A DNA stretch of 64,000 nucleotides from Pararhodonellum marinum (lineage in GTDB: Bacteria; Bacteroidota; Bacteroidia; Cytophagales; Cyclobacteriaceae): contig NZ_JACEFJ010000019.1 of assembly GCF_015354735.1 (NCBI RefSeq), positions 17,093-81,092 of the forward strand. Reading direction: 5' to 3'. Made by a program: the position numbers and the translations under genes. Below, one piece after another: positions 60,055-64,000 of this stretch (its first letter is position 1; the number at the start of each line of letters is the position of its first letter). The notes beneath the pieces were generated by a model. That model did not search any database and was not told where the DNA came from. It was given only the letters and a program-made list of their open reading frames with translations.

Positions 60055-60552
60055 TTAACCGTTCCCCTCATCCGCACTCGGGCCATAGCTCCCCGGAATA
60101 GGCACTTCCAACAATCGCAGGTAAACACCCAGCTGGGCCCTGTGATGAATGATTTGGCTGATCGACATCCTGAGTACTTCCCATTTGGTTTCAGTGCTGT
60201 AAACCACTTCGCCTTCACTCAAAGTCCACATTTCCTCCAATTTGTCTAGTTCGGCATTTTCTAAATCCCTTCTTCCGGATTCTAAGACCTCTTCAAAGTG
60301 TTCCAAAAGACTTTTCGTATCCGTATACTCAGTGGGTTGGTAAGGATTTTCTGAAAAATCCAACCCATCGGTATGCAAAGTCATCCCTATCCATCCAGGG
60401 AGTTCGATGATGTGGTTGGCCAACCTTTTGATGGTCATGCTTTTGGGATGGGGCTGCCAGTCGAATTTGCCCTCAGGGATCCTTTCAATCATTTTTCTGG
60501 TGGTGATGGCTTCTTTTTCCAATTCTTTCTGAAAAGCTTCTATGATGTTCAT
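60055..60552 (-). CDS. DinB family protein (DinB/YfiT-like four-helix bundle)
   Basis: H-containing helices (ANHIIELPGW ... IIHHRAQLGVYLR). Start taken at MNIIEAF. Confidence 0.6.
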   Translation of the reverse strand: MNIIEAFQKELEKEAITTRKMIERIPEGKFDWQPHPKSMTIKRLANHIIELPGWIGMTLHTDGLDFSENPYQPTEYTDTKSLLEHFEEVLESGRRDLENAELDKLEEMWTLSEGEVVYSTETKWEVLRMSISQIIHHRAQLGVYLRLLEVPIPGSYGPSADEGNG

Positions 60553-60606
60553 GGCTTTGTTTGTTTTGTTTGGTACAAAGAAAAAAGCCATGATGACAAC
60601 CCTATG

Positions 60607-61569
60607 TCAGGAGGGAATGGGATTTTTTATTTTTTCCAACATGATCTCCAACAGCTCCTGCAATCTTTCTCTGAGACTTACTGGTTCCAACACCTCCCAT
60701 TGATCCCCCATCATCAAAAGCCAACGGGCAAATCCTTCCAAATGGCTGCTCATAAAAGTCATGTGATAGTATTCCTCATACTTTTCCTGCAAGACGAAAC
60801 CTTGGTTGTACCGCTGGTTTTTGATGTATTTGTAGGAGGATTTTGGTACCTTGATCACCACTTTCTCCAGATTCTCCTCCTGTTTCACTTGATCCAAATA
60901 AGCCTGCAGGGAGGGGTGCCGGTCTGAATAGGTTTCTTCCAAAGTGTGGATATCAGAGATTCTGTCCACCCTGAAGTTCCGATAGGCTTTCCTGAGTTTG
61001 CACCAGGCGATCAGGTACCATTGTTCAAAAGCGAAATAGACCCCGATAGGCTCAATTTTCCTTTCGGTCAACTCTTCTTTATCAAAAGAAATGTAGGTCA
61101 TGTTCAAGATTTTCTTTTCCGAAAGGGCATTTAGGATGGTCTGAATACGGTTTTTCTTTCCCCAATCTTTTTCGGAATTATGCGGTCGGAAGGCAGCTAT
61201 CTGATCATTGAGGTTTTCGATCAGGTTTTTCTCGTCCAACCGCAACACAGACTTGATTTTGATCATGGCAGATTGCAGGTGTGCAGCACCTTCTTTGTCC
61301 ATGATTTTTTCCAGGATCTTCTCCGCCATCAGGAAGGCCATGGCTTCCTCTTTGGTAAACATCACAGGAGGCAATCGATAACCTTCCACCAACGAATAAC
61401 CAAAACCCGCCTCTCCGATAATGGGAATGCCAGCCTCTCCCAAGGCCCTCATGTCCCGATACACCGTTCTCAGACTGATATCAAAGCGATCTGCAATTTC
61501 CTGCGCCTTAAGCAATCTTTTGCTCTGCAACTGCGTCAAAATGGCGGTCAGCCGGTCAATTCTATTCAT
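60607..61569 (-). CDS. WYL domain-containing transcriptional regulator (YafY family: HTH + WYL + WCX)
   Basis: The N-terminal MNRIDRLTAILTQLQSKRLLKAQEIADRFDISLRTVYRDMRAL is an HTH_11-type motif. The central YISFDKEELTERKIEPIGVYFAFEQWYLIAWC is the WYL motif region. Confidence 0.75.
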   Translation of the reverse strand: MNRIDRLTAILTQLQSKRLLKAQEIADRFDISLRTVYRDMRALGEAGIPIIGEAGFGYSLVEGYRLPPVMFTKEEAMAFLMAEKILEKIMDKEGAAHLQSAMIKIKSVLRLDEKNLIENLNDQIAAFRPHNSEKDWGKKNRIQTILNALSEKKILNMTYISFDKEELTERKIEPIGVYFAFEQWYLIAWCKLRKAYRNFRVDRISDIHTLEETYSDRHPSLQAYLDQVKQEENLEKVVIKVPKSSYKYIKNQRYNQGFVLQEKYEEYYHMTFMSSHLEGFARWLLMMGDQWEVLEPVSLRERLQELLEIMLEKIKNPIPS

Positions 61570-61739
61570 GGGACTGCTGGATAGTGGACAAGTATATAAA
61601 ATTGTAAAACTTATGGGTAAGGTCAAAATATTATGCTGTCAACCCACCTGTATATTTTGTAAAGAATGCTTGTTGTCGGGGTTGTCCAGTTGTCAGGTTA
61701 CCGTAAAACAGCATAACAGAAAACTGGATATCAGAGGAA

Positions 61740-62500
61740 AAGCTTGAGGTAGGATAATTAGAATAACGGAAAAACAGGAAACGGAATATCAGAAGGACAG
61801 TGAAGGGGTTGAAGCTGAAAGCTCAAAGGTGAAAGCTGAAAGCAGAGAAACAGGCTATCGGAAAAACAGAAAAAAAGAGGTTCAGAGGAAAGCTCGAAGT
61901 AGATAATCAGAATAACAGAAAACTGAATAACAGAAAACAGGATATCAGAGGAGAAGCTCAAACCAGGGAAAACAAATCAGTAGGAAGAAGGAAGTGCTGT
62001 AGGCACGAACGATGTAATAGCCCGGTAATTTATTGCCGGGATTTGGAAGCAAATAGTAAAGAAAAGTGCCGTAGGTACGACAGATTTTCTACGAACAAGA
62101 GGATGGAAAGAGAGGAAAAGCTTGAAGTAGGATAATTAGAATAACGGAAAAACAGGAAACGGATCATCAGAAGAACAGTGAAGGGGTTGAAGCTGAAAGC
62201 TCAAAGCAGAGAAACAGGCTATCGGAAAAACAGAAAAAAAGAGGTTCAGAGGAAAAGCTTAAACTAGGGAAAACAAATCAGTAGGAAGAAGGAAGTGCTG
62301 TAGGCACGAACGATGTAATAGCCCGGTAATTTATTGCCGGGATTTGGAAGCAAATTAGTAAAGAAAAGTGCCGTAGGTACGACAGATTTTCTACGAACAA
62401 GAAGATGGAAAGAGAGGAAAAGCTTGAAGTAGGATAATTAGGATAACGGAAAAACAGGATAACAGAGGATAAGCTCAAAGGTGAAAGCTGAAAGTAGTTT
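61740..62500. repeat. Purine-rich complex tandem repeat, ~310-bp unit x ~2.4, with internal AACAGAAAACAGGA-type sub-repeats
   Basis: The unit from ~61744 recurs at ~62112 and partially at ~62412 with >90% identity. It includes a hairpin-containing module GCCCGGTAATTTATTGCCGGG. Confidence 0.8.
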
Positions 62501-62774
62501 ATCAATTAGACCAAAAAACAGGGCAACAGAAAAAGCGCGAAGCTGAAGGACTTAAGCGGAGGTCCGAGGCAAAAAGCCAAGATACTCCGTAAATCGCAAC
62601 TCACAATTCATACCTCGTAAATCGTAAATCGTACCTCTCAAATCCCTTTTCTTTTTGGATGACAGGACGCAAAAGGCCATAGTTCGCTCTATCAAAAAAA
62701 ATCCCCCCTCCTGACATAGGGCTGTCACTGAGTAGTAGTTTCTTTGAGATATGTTACATCCAAAACCAGAAATC

Positions 62775-63266
62775 ATGAAAACAACAACCGAAATCAGCAC
62801 ATCCCCATTGATGACCTCCGACCAACTGTTGGCCCACTGGCAAGGGCATAGGCAATTGACCAGAAGGGTCATCGATGCTTTTCCGGAGAAAGATCTTTTT
62901 CATTACAGCATAGGCGGAATGCGGCCATTTGGTGCAATGGTCAATGAATTGTTGGCCATTGCCGTGCCTGGATTAAAAGGAATCGCCAATGGGCAATGGG
63001 AATCCTTGAATGAGGACATTGAGGTGGATGAAAACAAACCCAAATTACTTGGACTTTGGGATCAAACAACCTTAGACATCGATCATTGGTGGGCAAAACT
63101 TGATCCCAATGGCTGGCAGAATACAGTTTTGACCTTTGGTCAATACGAGGGAACAGTGCTGAACAGCATCCTTTATTTTATCGACAATGAAATCCACCAC
63201 CGGGGACAGGGATATGTTTATCTCAGAAGTCTGGGCATAGAACCACCTTATTTCTGGGAGCATTGA
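62775..63266 (+). CDS. DinB family protein (DinB_2 superfamily)
   Basis: W..H...T.R.I..FPE... at the N-terminus and a C-terminal HHRGQ region, as in DinB-family proteins. Start taken at MKTTTEI. Confidence 0.6.
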   Translation: MKTTTEISTSPLMTSDQLLAHWQGHRQLTRRVIDAFPEKDLFHYSIGGMRPFGAMVNELLAIAVPGLKGIANGQWESLNEDIEVDENKPKLLGLWDQTTLDIDHWWAKLDPNGWQNTVLTFGQYEGTVLNSILYFIDNEIHHRGQGYVYLRSLGIEPPYFWEH

Positions 63267-63277
63267 CTCTTTTCCAT

Positions 63278-63925
63278 TCAAGCATCCCGGGTTGTACCGG
63301 GATGTTTTTTATTTAAGTGAAAACCGATTTTTTTTCTCGCCAATACCAAGCCCAATAACCCTATCAATAAACAGGTGCCAAACCAAAAAACAGGATCATA
63401 GCGGTCTCGGGCCAGCCTGTAGATCAAGGTAAACAGAAAAAGCAAGAAGCCTAAATAGACCCAAACAGGCTCATCCTCAAGTCGGTTTTTTTCTTCAGGA
63501 AATGCAGGGAGATTGACCAAAACCCTTAAGCTGTCCCAATGCCAGACCAGTAATCCAAGGTTAGCCAGCAGCATCATACCTGTTATCACAGGTGTGTAGG
63601 CAAAATCCATAGAAAGGGTAATCACAAATACATTGAGCACAATGGGGAAATTGACCACAGCCCCCAATCTGGCAAAAAATTGAGTCATCAATAGGAAACC
63701 CGCCAACAGTTGACCCCATCCGAGAAACTGCCAATACAAACCGGTCTGATACATGGTCTCGAAAAAATGGAAAGGGGTACCGAATGGTTCATTTTCAGCA
63801 CTGAGTGTGGTAAATCTTCTTCCTTTAATCTTGATCACACTGGCAAAAACAAAGCCGCCCCCCAAAACAAACCGGGTGTAAATAACAAAAATTTGGGCCC
63901 AGATCTTTTGTTTGAGTTGTTGCAT
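63278..63925 (-). CDS. Hypothetical polytopic membrane protein
   Basis: Six hydrophobic helices; no motif recognised. Confidence 0.4.
   Translation of the reverse strand: MQQLKQKIWAQIFVIYTRFVLGGGFVFASVIKIKGRRFTTLSAENEPFGTPFHFFETMYQTGLYWQFLGWGQLLAGFLLMTQFFARLGAVVNFPIVLNVFVITLSMDFAYTPVITGMMLLANLGLLVWHWDSLRVLVNLPAFPEEKNRLEDEPVWVYLGFLLFLFTLIYRLARDRYDPVFWFGTCLLIGLLGLVLARKKIGFHLNKKHPGTTRDA
63283..63310 (+). terminator. Rho-independent terminator
   Basis: CATCCCGG-gttgta-CCGGGATG followed by TTTTTT. Confidence 0.55.
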
Positions 63926-64000
63926 AAAGTGTTTTGGAAACTAATGCATGAAGTTAGTGATTGTTACATTTTTCGGGAAAAGATTTCAAGAAGGTTGAAG

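Noticed and set aside
61758-62505. ORFs 61758-61961(-) and 62278-62505(-) inside the purine-rich repeat
   Set aside because: They are translations of the pyrimidine-rich complementary strand (F/L/S/P-rich) with no start context. The two are near-duplicates because of the tandem repeat.
60055-63266. DinB genes as DNA polymerase IV
   Set aside because: The sizes (165-195 aa) and sequences are those of the DinB/YfiT four-helix-bundle superfamily, not the ~350-aa Y-family polymerase.
1-64000. tRNA/rRNA genes
   Set aside because: I scanned intergenic regions for T-arm-like GGTTCGAATCC / GTTCGA motifs and cloverleaf-compatible segments. None are convincing, and no rRNA-like conserved stretches are present.

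Overview
The window looks like a ~40% GC Bacteroidota chromosome, Cytophagia/Cyclobacteriaceae-like. The lineage call rests on gene content (a TolC-MFP-RND efflux operon in the order typical of the phylum, DUF1080 paired with a PQQ-type dehydrogenase, TonB-dependent receptors, lipoprotein signals) and is an impression, not a measurement. It carries about 48 protein-coding genes, no rRNA or tRNA genes that I can recognise, and no CRISPR array.

Genes I can name with reasonable support:
- a PKD/beta-helix surface lipoprotein, an MBL-fold hydrolase, a RibD-C/DHFR-family protein and two S41 peptidases
- Crp/Fnr, LytTR, GlxA-type AraC, XRE and WYL regulators
- a SAM-dependent methyltransferase, a DUF418 membrane protein and an NAD(P)H-binding oxidoreductase
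- a cytochrome-c/beta-propeller dehydrogenase next to a DUF1080 protein, and protein-L-isoaspartate O-methyltransferase (pcm)
- a TonB-dependent receptor, a GH2 glycosidase, an AI-2E transporter, the TolC/MFP/RND efflux trio
- a GMC oxidoreductase with a Tat-signal small subunit, a BNR-repeat propeller, a lycopene cyclase, an SDR
- a two-subunit molybdenum hydroxylase (IorAB-like), a K+ channel with two RCK domains, and four DinB/DinB_2-superfamily paralogs

The most unusual element is a five-gene minus-strand operon (48443 down to 39591). It encodes a YbjN/DUF2170-like protein, PspA/IM30, an NfeD/YqiJ-like membrane protein, a YqiK-like flotillin, and a 1626-aa coiled-coil-rich protein with a C-terminal AAA+ ATPase module. 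It is transcribed divergently from an XRE regulator across an intergenic region containing a 16-bp imperfect palindrome. I read this as a candidate membrane-remodelling / envelope-stress module with an uncharacterised giant ATPase.

Two complex non-coding repeat loci are also notable. First, at 24668-27060, a ~93-bp tandem repeat array plus a ~320-bp tail is duplicated directly around a GxxExxY (PD-(D/E)XK-fold) gene. Second, at ~61740-62500, a purine-rich ~310-bp tandem repeat fills the divergent WYL-regulator/DinB intergenic region.

All functional calls are motif- and architecture-based readings of the translations. No database search was possible.
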